Below, piece by piece: positions 1 to 9,292 of a DNA stretch of 64,000 bases; positions within the stretch are counted from its first letter, which is position 1; the number at the start of each line of letters is the position of its first letter. Where the stretch lies: NCBI GenBank assembly GCA_017416285.1, contig JAFQCU010000001.1, positions 26,556 through 90,555 on the forward strand, in the 5' to 3' direction. This DNA comes from Clostridia bacterium. Lineage in GTDB: Bacteria; Bacillota; Clostridia; Oscillospirales; Acutalibacteraceae. The position numbers were made by a program, and so were the translations under genes. The notes beneath the pieces are model-generated. The model did no database searches and was not told where the DNA came from. It was given only the letters and a program-made list of their open reading frames with translations.

Positions 1-549
1 TGACATTTTGTTAAGGCGTTCATAGGTCTCATTTTCAATAACGCTTTTAATGTGGGTAAGACCACTAACCTCTCTACCCTGACGGATATCATAAATCTTC
101 TGCTCGGCAGCGCTGATAAGCTTATCGGCATCCTCGCTGTCCTCGTTAATATCCTTTATAATATCCTGTGCAGCGGTCATTAGAGCACGGGCATAATAAC
201 GGTCACGCACAATGGCGGCGTATGTAAGCACATTTGCCGAGGTTGGTACAGTTTGTACCAACTGGGTTAAATATGCTTTTCCGCCTGCGTCATCATAAAC
301 GCCGTTTTTCTTAAGCTTTTCTAAAAGCGAAACCAAATCAATAGTTTGGCTTAATTCATACATTGAAGCCAAGGTTTTATAAATTTCCTTGTGCTGCGGA
401 ATATAGAAGAAATCGCTTTTCATATTAACGGCAATATCCTTAAGGCAGTTAGGGTCGATAATAATCGAACCGATTACCGCCTGTTCAGCTTCAACAGAAT
501 ACGGAAGCCTTACGCCGTCTAAATCGTAAATTAATTTATTTTCGGCCAT
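1..549 (-). CDS. dnaB: Replicative DNA helicase DnaB, N-terminal 183 codons (rest lies left of the window)
   Basis: Absent from the ORF track because there is no in-window stop. Manual reverse translation from the ATG at 549 gives MAENKLIYDLDGVRLPYSVEAEQAVIGSIIIDPNCLKDIAVNM..., the conserved DnaB N-terminal motif. The frame stays open to nt 1. The TAAtATG junction with rplI and rplI-dnaB synteny are typical of Firmicutes. Confidence 0.85.
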   Translation of the reverse strand, partial: MAENKLIYDLDGVRLPYSVEAEQAVIGSIIIDPNCLKDIAVNMKSDFFYIPQHKEIYKTLASMYELSQTIDLVSLLEKLKKNGVYDDAGGKAYLTQLVQTVPTSANVLTYAAIVRDRYYARALMTAAQDIIKDINEDSEDADKLISAAEQKIYDIRQGREVSGLTHIKSVIENETYERLNKMS

Positions 550-550
550 A

Positions 551-991
551 TTATTCAGTAACCTTTACGTTAATTTTTGCAACAATACCTTGATAAAGCT
601 TAATTTCGGCTGTGTATTCACCAAAGTTTTTAATATCAGCAACAGACATTTTCTTTTTGTCAATTTCAATGCCCAATTTGTTCTTGATTTCGGCAGCAAT
701 TTCTTTAGAGGTAACCGAGCCGAAAAGCTTACCGTTTGAGCCTGCCTTTGCCTTAATAACAACCTCTTTACCATTTAAAGCATCTGCGGTGGCCTTTGCG
801 GCGTTAATTTCTTCCTGCTTGTGATGCGCCGCAGCCTGCTCACGATTTTTAAGTTCATTTAAAGCAGCGTTATCTGCTTCAACAGCCAATTTTTTAGGGA
901 ACAAAAAGTTTCTTGCATATCCGTCAGAAACGTTGCAAAGCTCACCCTTTTTGCCGTGACCCTTAACATCTTGGAGTAAAACAACCTTCAT
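551..991 (-). CDS. rplI: 50S ribosomal protein L9
   Basis: 146 aa. [36 protein letters not shown] is the canonical L9 N-terminus. Located directly upstream of dnaB. Confidence 0.95.
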   Translation of the reverse strand: MKVVLLQDVKGHGKKGELCNVSDGYARNFLFPKKLAVEADNAALNELKNREQAAAHHKQEEINAAKATADALNGKEVVIKAKAGSNGKLFGSVTSKEIAAEIKNKLGIEIDKKKMSVADIKNFGEYTAEIKLYQGIVAKINVKVTE

Positions 992-1003
992 AACAATTCT
1001 CCT

Positions 1004-2824
1004 TTACACTTCCATAATAATGGGTAATACCATAGGACTGCGCTTTGTTCTTGTAAACAAGAATCTTGAAACGCCATCCTTAATTTTGTTTTTAATTGTT
1101 GCCCAATCACGAATATTCTGGTACTGGCAACGGTCCATAATATCCCAAACCAAGTCACTGATTTCCTGTATAAGCTCCTCGGATTCCTTCATATAGATAA
1201 ACCCACGGGAAACAATATCAGGACCTGCAATAACTTCATGTGTTACAGAATCAATAGTAACACCAACAATAATTATACCGCCGTCTGACAAAAGCTTACG
1301 GTCACGAAGCACAATACTGCCGACGTCACCAACGCCAAGACCGTCAACCATTACCCTGCCTGCAGTAACAACCTCGCTACACTTGACACCCTTTTGTGAA
1401 AGTTCAATAACCGAACCGTTTTGAGCAACAACGGTATTTTCTTTAGAAATACCCATAAGCTGGGCAAGCTCAGCATGCTTCATTAAATGCTTTTGCTCAC
1501 CGTGGATAGGTATAAAATACTGAGGTTTCACAATGCTCATAATAAACTTTAATTCTTCCGCACAGGCGTGACCCGAAACGTGCACGTCGTACATTCTTTC
1601 ATACACAACGTTAGCGCCACGCTTCATAAGCTCGTTTATAACCTTGGTAACTAATTTTTCATTACCCGGTATTGGGGTTGCTGAGATAATTATCATATCA
1701 TCAGGTGCAATTTCAACCTGACGATGGTCTGAAAAAGCCATGCGGTGAAGGGCTGATAACGGTTCACCCTGACTGCCGGTTGTCACCACAACGATTTGAC
1801 CCGGTGTATAATTTTTAATTGTTTCAATTGGGGTTAAAACGTCTTTAGGAACCTTTAAATAGCCAAGCTCCTCCGCAACAGATACAACGTTCAGCATGCT
1901 TCTGCCCGAAACGGCAACCTTACGGTTACAGCGTGCGGCCTCATCAATAATCTGTTGAATACGGTGAATATTAGATGAGAAGGTTGCAACGATAATTCGC
2001 TTACCCTCTGCCTTGGCGAAAAGGTTCGAAAACGACCCGCCCACAAGCCTTTCACTTGCTGTAAAGCCTGCACGTTCAGCATTTGTAGAGTCTGCAAGCA
2101 AAGCCAAAACGCCTTCCTTACCAAGCTCGGCAAAGCGGGCAATATCAATCACCTTATCATCAATAGGCGTTGTATCTATCTTAAAGTCACCCGTGTGAAC
2201 AACAGTACCGCCCGCACACCTAATTGCAAATGCGGCCGCATCGGGAATTGAGTGATTAACGTGAATAAATTCAACCGTAAATTTACCTAGCTTTACAACA
2301 CTTCCCGCCTTTACAACGTTAAGGTTGGCGCTTTCAAAAAGCTTATGCTCTTTAAGCTTGCCTTCGATAAGACCAATGGTTAAGCGTGTGGCGTAAATCG
2401 GAATATTGAAATTTCTTAAAAGATACGGTATTGCACCAATATGGTCCTCGTGACCGTGGGTAACAACCATACCTCTGATTTTATCCTTATTCTCCAAAAC
2501 ATAGGTAAAATCAGGTATAACTATATCAATACCGGGCATATCCTCATCAGGAAAGGACATACCACAGTCAACCAAGAACATATCGCCATCGTATTCGTAA
2601 AGTGTTATGTTCTTGCCAATTTCACCCAAGCCGCCAAGCGGAATAATTTTAATTGGTTTTTTGTTGGTTTTTTTATTGGTTTGTTTTTCGTATTTAACTT
2701 CTTTTTTAGGCGCATTCTTTTTAGGCGCTGTATATTTTTGTGTTCGGCTTTTTTGTGTATTCTTCTTTTGAGTCTTACTACTTGTCTTTTTGTTATATTT
2801 TTTAGACTCTTTATTTTCAGCCAT
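1004..2824 (-). CDS. rnj: Ribonuclease J (metallo-beta-lactamase/beta-CASP) with a ~58-aa lysine-rich N-terminal extension
   Basis: IIPLGGLGEIGKN start motif, HGHEDHIG zinc motif and a C-terminal RNase J domain. Strong SD GGAGGT lies 6 nt upstream of the ATG at 2824. Confidence 0.9.
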   Translation of the reverse strand: MAENKESKKYNKKTSSKTQKKNTQKSRTQKYTAPKKNAPKKEVKYEKQTNKKTNKKPIKIIPLGGLGEIGKNITLYEYDGDMFLVDCGMSFPDEDMPGIDIVIPDFTYVLENKDKIRGMVVTHGHEDHIGAIPYLLRNFNIPIYATRLTIGLIEGKLKEHKLFESANLNVVKAGSVVKLGKFTVEFIHVNHSIPDAAAFAIRCAGGTVVHTGDFKIDTTPIDDKVIDIARFAELGKEGVLALLADSTNAERAGFTASERLVGGSFSNLFAKAEGKRIIVATFSSNIHRIQQIIDEAARCNRKVAVSGRSMLNVVSVAEELGYLKVPKDVLTPIETIKNYTPGQIVVVTTGSQGEPLSALHRMAFSDHRQVEIAPDDMIIISATPIPGNEKLVTKVINELMKRGANVVYERMYDVHVSGHACAEELKFIMSIVKPQYFIPIHGEQKHLMKHAELAQLMGISKENTVVAQNGSVIELSQKGVKCSEVVTAGRVMVDGLGVGDVGSIVLRDRKLLSDGGIIIVGVTIDSVTHEVIAGPDIVSRGFIYMKESEELIQEISDLVWDIMDRCQYQNIRDWATIKNKIKDGVSRFLFTRTKRSPMVLPIIMEV

Positions 2825-2923
2825 TAATTTACCTCCATTATAAATTTATGTAAAATATACCGTACACTCGGCATAAAAAGTTCAAAATAAGTAACATTTT
2901 CCCTTATAATCATATCTCATAAT

Positions 2924-2953
2924 ATATTACTATCTTTCGCACCCGATTGTCAA
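2924..2953 (-). promoter_or_regulatory. Putative sigma-A promoter for rnj
   Basis: On the minus strand: TTGACA (2948-2953), 18-nt spacer, TAATAT (2924-2929). About 95 nt upstream of the rnj ATG. Confidence 0.4.
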
Positions 2954-2994
2954 GTGCAATAATAATATTATTATATATAATTTCCAAATTTATG

Positions 2995-3023
2995 CAAAAA
3001 AGACCGCCTTTTTACAGGCGGTC
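2995..3023 (-). terminator. Rho-independent terminator after nfnB
   Basis: Stem GACCGCC/GGCGGTC (3002-3008 / 3017-3023) followed on the minus strand by TTTTTT. Immediately downstream of the stop at 3030. Confidence 0.65.
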
Positions 3024-3029
3024 AAATTT

Positions 3030-4418
3030 TTATTGGTTTTTTAAATATTCATCAATAGCCTTTGCGGCGGTTTTACCCGCACCCATTGCGCTGATAACTG
3101 TTGCGGCGCCCGTAACAGCGTCGCCACCCGCATAAACACCCTTAAGTGAGGTTAAAGCGGTTTCCTCGTTAACAACAATTCCACCGTATTTATTAACCTC
3201 TAACCCCTTTGTTGTGTCTTTAATTAAAGGGTTGGGTGACGTACCGATAGACATAATTACGCAATCGGTCTTAATTTCATACTCGCTATTAGGAATTTTA
3301 ACAGGTCTTGCACGACCGGATTCATCAGGCTCGGAAAGCTCCATACGGTCACACACAATACCGTTTACCCAACCGTTTTCATCACCATTAATTTTAACGG
3401 GGTTTGTAAGCATTGCAAAGTTAATGCCTTCCTCTTTAGCGTGGTGTACCTCTTCCAAACGGGCGGGCAATTCCTTTTCTGTACGGCGATAAACAATAGT
3501 AACCTCACTGCCAAGTCGCTTTGCTGTGCGAGCGGCATCCATTGCAACGTTACCGCCGCCAACAACCACCGTGTGCTTAGCCTTCATAATCGGTGTGTCA
3601 CTATCTTCTTTATACGCCTTCATAAGATTGTTTCTTGTTAAAAATTCATTGGCAGAATAAACACCGTTAAGGGATTCACCCTCAATATTCATAAATCTTG
3701 GAAGTCCCGCACCAGAGCCAATGAAAACAGCCTTATAGCCTTCCTCGAAAAGCTCTTCAATAGTAAGGGTTTTGCCAATAACAACGTTAGTTTGCAAATC
3801 CACCCCAAGCGCAATCAAAGCATCAACTTCTTTTTGAACTATAGCTTTTGGCAAACGAAATTCGGGAATACCGTAAACAAGCACGCCGCCGGCGGTATGA
3901 AGTGCTTCAAAAATTGTTACCTCATAACCTTTTTTAGCAAGCTCGCCCGCACAGGTAAGTCCCGACGGACCCGAACCGATAACCGCAACCTTTATGCCGT
4001 TGCTTTCGGGTTTTTTAAGGGCTTCAGCACTGTGGGCATTATGCCAGTCAGCGACAAAGCGTTCTAGTCTGCCAATGCCAACGCTTTCACCCTTTATGCC
4101 TCGGATACAGCGTTCCTCGCATTGCTTTTCTTGCGGACATACACGACCGCAAACCGCAGGAAGTGATGACGACTTATAAATAACCTGATAAGCGGCCTCA
4201 AAATCCCCCTCTTTAACCTTTGCCAGAAATTCAGGAATATGTATATTTACGGGGCAACCCGCAACGCAGGGTGCATTTTTACAATTAAGACAGCGAAGTG
4301 CTTCATCAATTGCGGTTTCTTCGCTATAGCCTAAAGCAACCTCATTAAAATTCGTTGCACGAATAACGGGGTCTTGAGTAGGCATTTCATTACGTTTTAA
4401 AGACATATTTGCAGCCAT
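3030..4418 (-). CDS. nfnB: NADH-dependent reduced ferredoxin:NADP+ oxidoreductase large subunit (GltD/SudA-like, homotetrameric glutamate-synthase-like)
   Basis: 462 aa. N-terminal 2x[4Fe-4S] Cys motifs (CLNCKNAPCVAGCP, CGRVCPQEKQCEERC). Two Rossmann motifs (VAVIGSGPSGL, VVVGGGNVAMD). Paired with a 283-aa partner by a TAATG overlap. Confidence 0.75.
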   Translation of the reverse strand: MAANMSLKRNEMPTQDPVIRATNFNEVALGYSEETAIDEALRCLNCKNAPCVAGCPVNIHIPEFLAKVKEGDFEAAYQVIYKSSSLPAVCGRVCPQEKQCEERCIRGIKGESVGIGRLERFVADWHNAHSAEALKKPESNGIKVAVIGSGPSGLTCAGELAKKGYEVTIFEALHTAGGVLVYGIPEFRLPKAIVQKEVDALIALGVDLQTNVVIGKTLTIEELFEEGYKAVFIGSGAGLPRFMNIEGESLNGVYSANEFLTRNNLMKAYKEDSDTPIMKAKHTVVVGGGNVAMDAARTAKRLGSEVTIVYRRTEKELPARLEEVHHAKEEGINFAMLTNPVKINGDENGWVNGIVCDRMELSEPDESGRARPVKIPNSEYEIKTDCVIMSIGTSPNPLIKDTTKGLEVNKYGGIVVNEETALTSLKGVYAGGDAVTGAATVISAMGAGKTAAKAIDEYLKNQ

Positions 4419-5269
4419 TATTTTGCTTCCTTTTTAAACAAATTACAAGTATTTTCATAAGCGTGGCGTTCAAAATCACGATAGGTCGTTCCACGCTTCA
4501 TAGCTTCATCAAAATCAATCAAAAAGCCATCAAAATCGGGGCCGTCAACACACGCAAACTTAGTAACGCCACCAACGGTTAAACGACAGCCGCCACACAT
4601 ACCCGTACCGTCAATCATAATAGGGTTCATAGAAACGGTTGTAGGTATGTTATAAGGCTTTGTGGTTGCCACAACAAACTTCATCATAATAAGCGGACCA
4701 ACTGTTATTACCTCATCATAAACCACACCATTTTCAAGTGCTTCCTTTAAAGGCATCGTAACGTTGCCCTTAATACCGTAAGAGCCGTCATCGGTAGTAA
4801 CAATAAGCTTATTTGATGCAGCCTTGAATTCATCCTCTAAAATAAGTAAATCCTTATTTCTAAAGCCGATTATCGAATCAACCTCGGCGCCCATTTCCTT
4901 TAATTTTTGGGCAATCGGAAGCGCAATGGCACAACCAACGCCACCACCGATTATACAAACCTTTTTAAGTCCTTCCACCTTTGTGGCTTTACCCAAAGGA
5001 CCAACAAAGTCGCTTATATAGTCGCCCGCGTCTTTTTGGTTTAATTTATTGGTGGTACCGCCCACAATTTGGAAAATAATTTTAACTAAACCCTTTTGGC
5101 GGTCATAACCTGCAACGGTCAAAGGGATACGCTCACCCTCGCTGTCAACACGCAAAATTATAAACTGACCGGGCTCTGCTTTTTTCGCCACCAAAGGTGC
5201 TTCAATTTCCATTTGTGTAACGAAGGAATTCAGCACTTTTTTACTTGCAATTTTATACACTTTTTTCAC
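4418..5269 (-). CDS. nfnA: NfnA / SudB-like FAD and [2Fe-2S] ferredoxin-NADP+ reductase subunit
   Basis: 283 aa. C-terminal cluster motif GTGMCGGCRLTVGGVTKFACVDGPDF. PyrK-like fold motifs. 1-nt overlap with nfnB. Confidence 0.75.
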   Translation of the reverse strand: MKKVYKIASKKVLNSFVTQMEIEAPLVAKKAEPGQFIILRVDSEGERIPLTVAGYDRQKGLVKIIFQIVGGTTNKLNQKDAGDYISDFVGPLGKATKVEGLKKVCIIGGGVGCAIALPIAQKLKEMGAEVDSIIGFRNKDLLILEDEFKAASNKLIVTTDDGSYGIKGNVTMPLKEALENGVVYDEVITVGPLIMMKFVVATTKPYNIPTTVSMNPIMIDGTGMCGGCRLTVGGVTKFACVDGPDFDGFLIDFDEAMKRGTTYRDFERHAYENTCNLFKKEAK

Positions 5270-5927
5270 CTGTTTTAGTAATTTTTGTAACTGTTAAAAG
5301 GTTGTCCACAACCTTAAATTCAATATGATATTTTGAAAATTCAAAGGCGTAAATACGCTCGGGATCATTTTGATAGTGCGGTCTTGGGTCACCCTCTAAA
5401 ACCGCTACCGTTTTATCGTAATCTTCACCCAAAATCGCCTTAAACTCCTCAGGTATTTCTACCCTTAAATTGTCACTAAAAACCTCGTCAGAAAAGCCGC
5501 CTGAAGCATCGTTATGACAATCGGTATACGGTATATACGGCTTAATATCATAAATGGGTGTGCCGTCTAATAAATCAGCGCCCGAAACGTAAATTTCACC
5601 GTTTTTGATTTCTAAAATCTTCACACTTGAAAGACCAATGGGATTAGGTCTATAGGGCGAGCGTGTAGCAAACACCCCAACCCTTTTATTACCGCCAAGA
5701 CGTGGCGGGCGAACGGTTGGCGACCAATCGGTTTTATCAACCTCTGAAAAGCCCCAAATAAGCCATAAATGTGAAAAATCCTCAAGCCCTTTAAGTGCGG
5801 CAGGATTTTTATATTCCTTTTCAAAAACAATTTTACCCACAGTATCCACCAAACCACTTTGACGTGGAATGCCGAATTTTGTGGGAAAATCGGTTTTAAT
5901 TTTCGCTATAACCTTTAATTCGTTCAT
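5253..5927 (-). CDS. trmO: tRNA (N6-threonylcarbamoyladenosine37-N6)-methyltransferase TrmO (TsaA/YaeB family)
   Basis: 224 aa. Motifs FGIPRQSGL, RSPYRPNPIGLS and LDGTPIYDIKPY. 17-nt overlap with the nfnA start. Confidence 0.75.
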   Translation of the reverse strand: MNELKVIAKIKTDFPTKFGIPRQSGLVDTVGKIVFEKEYKNPAALKGLEDFSHLWLIWGFSEVDKTDWSPTVRPPRLGGNKRVGVFATRSPYRPNPIGLSSVKILEIKNGEIYVSGADLLDGTPIYDIKPYIPYTDCHNDASGGFSDEVFSDNLRVEIPEEFKAILGEDYDKTVAVLEGDPRPHYQNDPERIYAFEFSKYHIEFKVVDNLLTVTKITKTGEKSV

Positions 5928-5930
5928 AGC

Positions 5931-6533
5931 CTAAAATTTGTAATTGCGAACAAATTCTTCCCAATCGGTTTTTTCATTTTCGGGAAGTGAATTATATTCT
6001 TCATAAACAATTTCTAAAGTTTTGTTGTAAGCCTTTTTGGTCTTGAAATAAGAGGTAATTACAACCAGCATCATACCCAAAGCACAAAGAGCTAAAATAG
6101 CATTTGGTGCCAAATGGCGCCAATAAAAAGCAATGTCTAACCCGCCCGCAACAGTGTCATCAATAAGAATATTCTTAAAAATCAATACAGTTGTTAAGGC
6201 ACCGACAAAATTAACCCCACCAAACACAGATGATATTATTAAATTGCCGTTGTATTTTGAAATTATAGCTGCAGCCACTAACAATGCCGAAATCACCGAA
6301 ACAATGATTGCTGTATCCAGCTGACCGGAAAAGCGTGAATCATCAATAAACAACAATATTCCTATAACATACAGCAAATTCATAACCACTGCAAAAGCCA
6401 TAGCCAATATGTAAAACACCTTCAAGGTTTTATAAAGCTTGCCGTCTTTTTCAGGGTAGCTTATTCCCGCCTTATATTGCTTTTCACGGGTGCGTTTCAT
6501 CACATTATCGTAGTAAATCATAATCTTCTCCAA
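5931..6533 (-). CDS. Hypothetical integral membrane protein (4-5 TM)
   Basis: 200 aa with several hydrophobic helices and no recognisable motif. First gene of the membrane-protein/trmO/nfnAB operon. Confidence 0.5.
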   Translation of the reverse strand: MEKIMIYYDNVMKRTREKQYKAGISYPEKDGKLYKTLKVFYILAMAFAVVMNLLYVIGILLFIDDSRFSGQLDTAIIVSVISALLVAAAIISKYNGNLIISSVFGGVNFVGALTTVLIFKNILIDDTVAGGLDIAFYWRHLAPNAILALCALGMMLVVITSYFKTKKAYNKTLEIVYEEYNSLPENEKTDWEEFVRNYKF

Positions 6534-6546
6534 AACAGTTTTCTAC

Positions 6547-6575
6547 ATTATACTACCAATTTTAAAAGTTGACAA
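6547..6575 (-). promoter_or_regulatory. Putative sigma-A promoter for the membrane-protein/trmO/nfnAB operon
   Basis: On the minus strand: TTGTCA (6570-6575), 17-nt spacer, TATAAT (6547-6552). Confidence 0.5.
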
Positions 6576-6596
6576 GTGGCATTTTACAAATATAAT
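6569..6596 (+). promoter_or_regulatory. Putative sigma-A promoter for trmL
   Basis: TTGACA (6569-6574), 16-nt spacer, TATAAT (6591-6596). Its -35 box overlaps the -35 box of the divergent promoter by 5 nt. Confidence 0.55.
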
Positions 6597-6633
6597 AAAA
6601 TAGTGCAAAAAAAGATAAGCTAGGTGGTAAAGA

Positions 6634-7137
6634 ATGTCAAAACTTAACATTGTAATGGTCGAGCCTGAAATTCCACAAAACACAGGTAACGTTGCCCGAA
6701 CCTGTGCTGCAACGGGGGCAAGACTGCATTTAGTCGGTCCTATGGGTTTTAAAATTGATGATAAAAAGCTTAAGCGTGCAGGGCTTGATTACTGGCAATA
6801 TCTCGATATTACCTATTACGATTCTTTGGATGAGTTTTTTGAGAAAAACGATGGTGATTTCTATTATTTCACAACCAAGGGTCGCCACGTACACAGCGAC
6901 GTTGATTATCCCGATAACTGCTACCTTTTATTCGGTAAAGAAACAAAGGGTCTTCCCGAAGAATTACTTATTAAACACCCTGATAAATGTGTAAGAATTC
7001 CAATGGAGGGTGAAATCAGAAGCCTTAACCTTTCAAACTCGGTTGCAATAGCAACTTACGAGGTTTTAAGACAATGGAACTACCCCGCTTTGCAAAATTT
7101 CGGTCAATTACACAATTATAAGTGGGAAGACATTTAA
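6634..7137 (+). CDS. trmL: tRNA (cytidine/uridine34-2'-O)-methyltransferase TrmL (SpoU/TrmH family)
   Basis: 167 aa. LNIVMVEPEIPQNTGNVARTCAATGARLHLVGPMGF is the TrmL/YibK signature. SD AGGTGG lies 6 nt upstream. Confidence 0.8.
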   Translation: MSKLNIVMVEPEIPQNTGNVARTCAATGARLHLVGPMGFKIDDKKLKRAGLDYWQYLDITYYDSLDEFFEKNDGDFYYFTTKGRHVHSDVDYPDNCYLLFGKETKGLPEELLIKHPDKCVRIPMEGEIRSLNLSNSVAIATYEVLRQWNYPALQNFGQLHNYKWEDI

Positions 7138-7167
7138 AAATTCTACATATAAATATTTAAATAAATA

Positions 7168-7195
7168 TTGAAAAAAATATTTTTTGTGGTAAAAT
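7168..7195 (+). promoter_or_regulatory. Putative extended -10 sigma-A promoter for pgk-tpiA-gpmI
   Basis: TTGAAA (7168-7173), 16-nt spacer, TGg-TAAAAT (7187-7195). Confidence 0.45.
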
Positions 7196-7239
7196 AGTAG
7201 TTGTAAAAAAATTAACAAACTTTGAAAGGATTGTTTCAA

Positions 7240-8451
7240 ATGAGCGCACTCAATAAAAAAACAGTTGACGACATTAATGTAAAAGGCCAAAAGGTTCTCG
7301 TTCGTTGTGACTTTAACGTTCCGCTTAAAAACGGCGTTATTACCGATGAAAACCGCATTAATGCCGCTCTCCCCACCATTGAAAAATTAATTGCTGACGG
7401 CGGCAAGGTTATTCTTTGCTCACACCTTGGCAAGCCCAAGGGCGAACCCAAGCCTGAACTTTCATTAGCACCTGTTGCAAAGCGTCTTTCCGAAAAGCTT
7501 GGTAAAGAAGTTGTTTTCGCTGCTGATGACTGTGTTGTTGGTGAAAATGCAAAGGCTGCTGTTGCTAATATGAAGGACGGCGACGTTGTTCTTTTACAGA
7601 ACACACGTTATCGTGCAGAAGAAACCAAGAACGGCGAAGCTTTATCTGCTGAGCTTGGCGAATTAGCTGACATCTTCGTAAACGATGCATTCGGTACTGC
7701 TCACCGTGCACACTGCTCAACCGTTGGTGTTGTTTCACACGTTAAGGAAGCTGTTGCAGGCTATCTTATCGGCAAGGAACTCAAATACCTCGGCAATGCT
7801 GTTGAAACCCCTGTTCGTCCCTTCGTTTGCATCTTAGGCGGCGCAAAGGTTGACAGCAAGCTCCCCGTTATTGAAAACCTTTTAACCAAGGCTGATACCC
7901 TTATCATCGGCGGCGGTATGGCTTACACCTTCCTCGCAGCTAAGGGCTACACCGTTGGTACCTCACTTATCGACGAAACTAAGATTGAATATTGCCGTGA
8001 TATGATGGCTAAAGCAGAAGAAAAGGGCGTTAAGATTTTGCTTCCTATCGACTGCACAATCACCAAAAACTTCCCTGATCCTATCGATGCTGAAATCGAA
8101 GTTACCGTTGTTGACGCTGACAAGATTCCTGCTGATATGATGAGCCTTGACATCGGCACAAAGACCGCTGCTCTTTATGCTGAAGAAGTTAAGAACGCTA
8201 AGACCGTTGTTTGGAACGGACCTATGGGCGTTTTCGAAAACCCCATCTTAGCTAAGGGCACAATGGCTGTTGCACAGGCTATGGCTGATACAGATGCTGT
8301 TACCGTTATCGGCGGTGGCGACTCTGCAGCTGCTGTTAACATTATGGGCTTTGGCGACAAGATGACCCACATTTCTACCGGTGGCGGCGCAAGCCTTGAA
8401 TTCCTTGAAGGCAAGGAACTTCCCGGTATCGCAGCACTTAACGATAAATAA
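7240..8451 (+). CDS. pgk: Phosphoglycerate kinase
   Basis: Canonical PGK sequence ([32 protein letters not shown]). I prefer the ATG at 7240 (SD AAAGGA upstream) over the TTG at 7222 given in the ORF track. Confidence 0.95.
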   Translation: MSALNKKTVDDINVKGQKVLVRCDFNVPLKNGVITDENRINAALPTIEKLIADGGKVILCSHLGKPKGEPKPELSLAPVAKRLSEKLGKEVVFAADDCVVGENAKAAVANMKDGDVVLLQNTRYRAEETKNGEALSAELGELADIFVNDAFGTAHRAHCSTVGVVSHVKEAVAGYLIGKELKYLGNAVETPVRPFVCILGGAKVDSKLPVIENLLTKADTLIIGGGMAYTFLAAKGYTVGTSLIDETKIEYCRDMMAKAEEKGVKILLPIDCTITKNFPDPIDAEIEVTVVDADKIPADMMSLDIGTKTAALYAEEVKNAKTVVWNGPMGVFENPILAKGTMAVAQAMADTDAVTVIGGGDSAAAVNIMGFGDKMTHISTGGGASLEFLEGKELPGIAALNDK

Positions 8452-8460
8452 TTTTAAATT

Positions 8461-8482
8461 TGTAGGGCGGCAACGCCCTACA
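8461..8482 (+). promoter_or_regulatory. Intercistronic stem-loop with a GCAA tetraloop between pgk and tpiA
   Basis: TGTAGGGCG-GCAA-CGCCCTACA: 9-bp stem with a GNRA loop, followed only by TTTATGT (weak U tract). Confidence 0.45.
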
Positions 8483-8506
8483 TTTATGTAAAAGGAGATT
8501 TTAAAA

Positions 8507-9274
8507 ATGAACAAGGCAACAAGACAAGCAGTTATCGCAGGTAACTGGAAAATGAACAAAACTCCCGCACAGGCTACCGCTCTTATTAACGAAATGAAGC
8601 CTTTAATAGCAGATGCTGACTGCAAGGTTGTACTTTGCGTTCCCTTTATCGATATCCCCGCTGCTGTTGAAGCTGCAAAGGGCTCTAATATTGAAATCGG
8701 CGCTGAAAACGTTCACTTTAAAGCTAACGGCGCTTACACAGGCGAAATTTCTGCTGAAATGCTCGTTGAATCAGGTGTTAAATATGTTGTTATCGGTCAC
8801 AGCGAACGTCGCCAGTACTTTGGCGAAACCGACCAAACTGTTAACCTTCGCACCCTTGCTACTGTAAATGCAGGTCTTACTGCAATCGTTTGCGTTGGTG
8901 AAACACTTGAACAGCGTGAACTCGGCTATACCGAAACCTTGCTTAAATTCCAGACAAAGATGGCTCTCACAAATGTTACTGCTGACCAGCTTAAAAATAT
9001 TATCGTTGCTTACGAACCCGTTTGGGCTATCGGCACAGGCGTTACCGCTACTGCTGAACAGGCAGACGAAGGCAACGGTTTCGTTCGTGAAGCTATTGCT
9101 GAAGTTTACGGCAAAGACGTTGCTGAAACTGTTACAATTCAGTACGGCGGCTCTATGAATGCTAAAAACGCTGATGAATTAGTTGCAAAGGTTAACGTTG
9201 ACGGCGGTCTTATCGGCGGTGCTTCACTTAAAGCAGAAGATTTTGCAGTCATCGTTAAAGCTGCAAGCAAATAA
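8507..9274 (+). CDS. tpiA: Triosephosphate isomerase
   Basis: 255 aa. Motifs AGNWKMN, VIGHSERR, AYEPVWAIGTG and GGASL. Confidence 0.95.
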   Translation: MNKATRQAVIAGNWKMNKTPAQATALINEMKPLIADADCKVVLCVPFIDIPAAVEAAKGSNIEIGAENVHFKANGAYTGEISAEMLVESGVKYVVIGHSERRQYFGETDQTVNLRTLATVNAGLTAIVCVGETLEQRELGYTETLLKFQTKMALTNVTADQLKNIIVAYEPVWAIGTGVTATAEQADEGNGFVREAIAEVYGKDVAETVTIQYGGSMNAKNADELVAKVNVDGGLIGGASLKAEDFAVIVKAASK

Positions 9275-9292
9275 TTTTAAGGTGACAGTATA

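Noticed and set aside
2651-2824. Lysine-rich RNase J N-terminus as a mis-called start or frameshift artefact
   Set aside because: A strong SD sits 6 nt upstream of the ATG at 2824. The frame runs continuously into the catalytic domain, and there is no alternative ATG near the conserved motif.
7222-7239. N-terminal extensions suggested by the longest-ORF calls (pgk 7222, isomerase 60652, DUF4867 28436, GH94-like 20426, activase 27718, esterase 16977, SBP 49452)
   Set aside because: In each case a downstream ATG has a properly spaced SD and gives the conserved family N-terminus or signal peptide. The extensions start at TTG/GTG without an SD or overlap the upstream gene.
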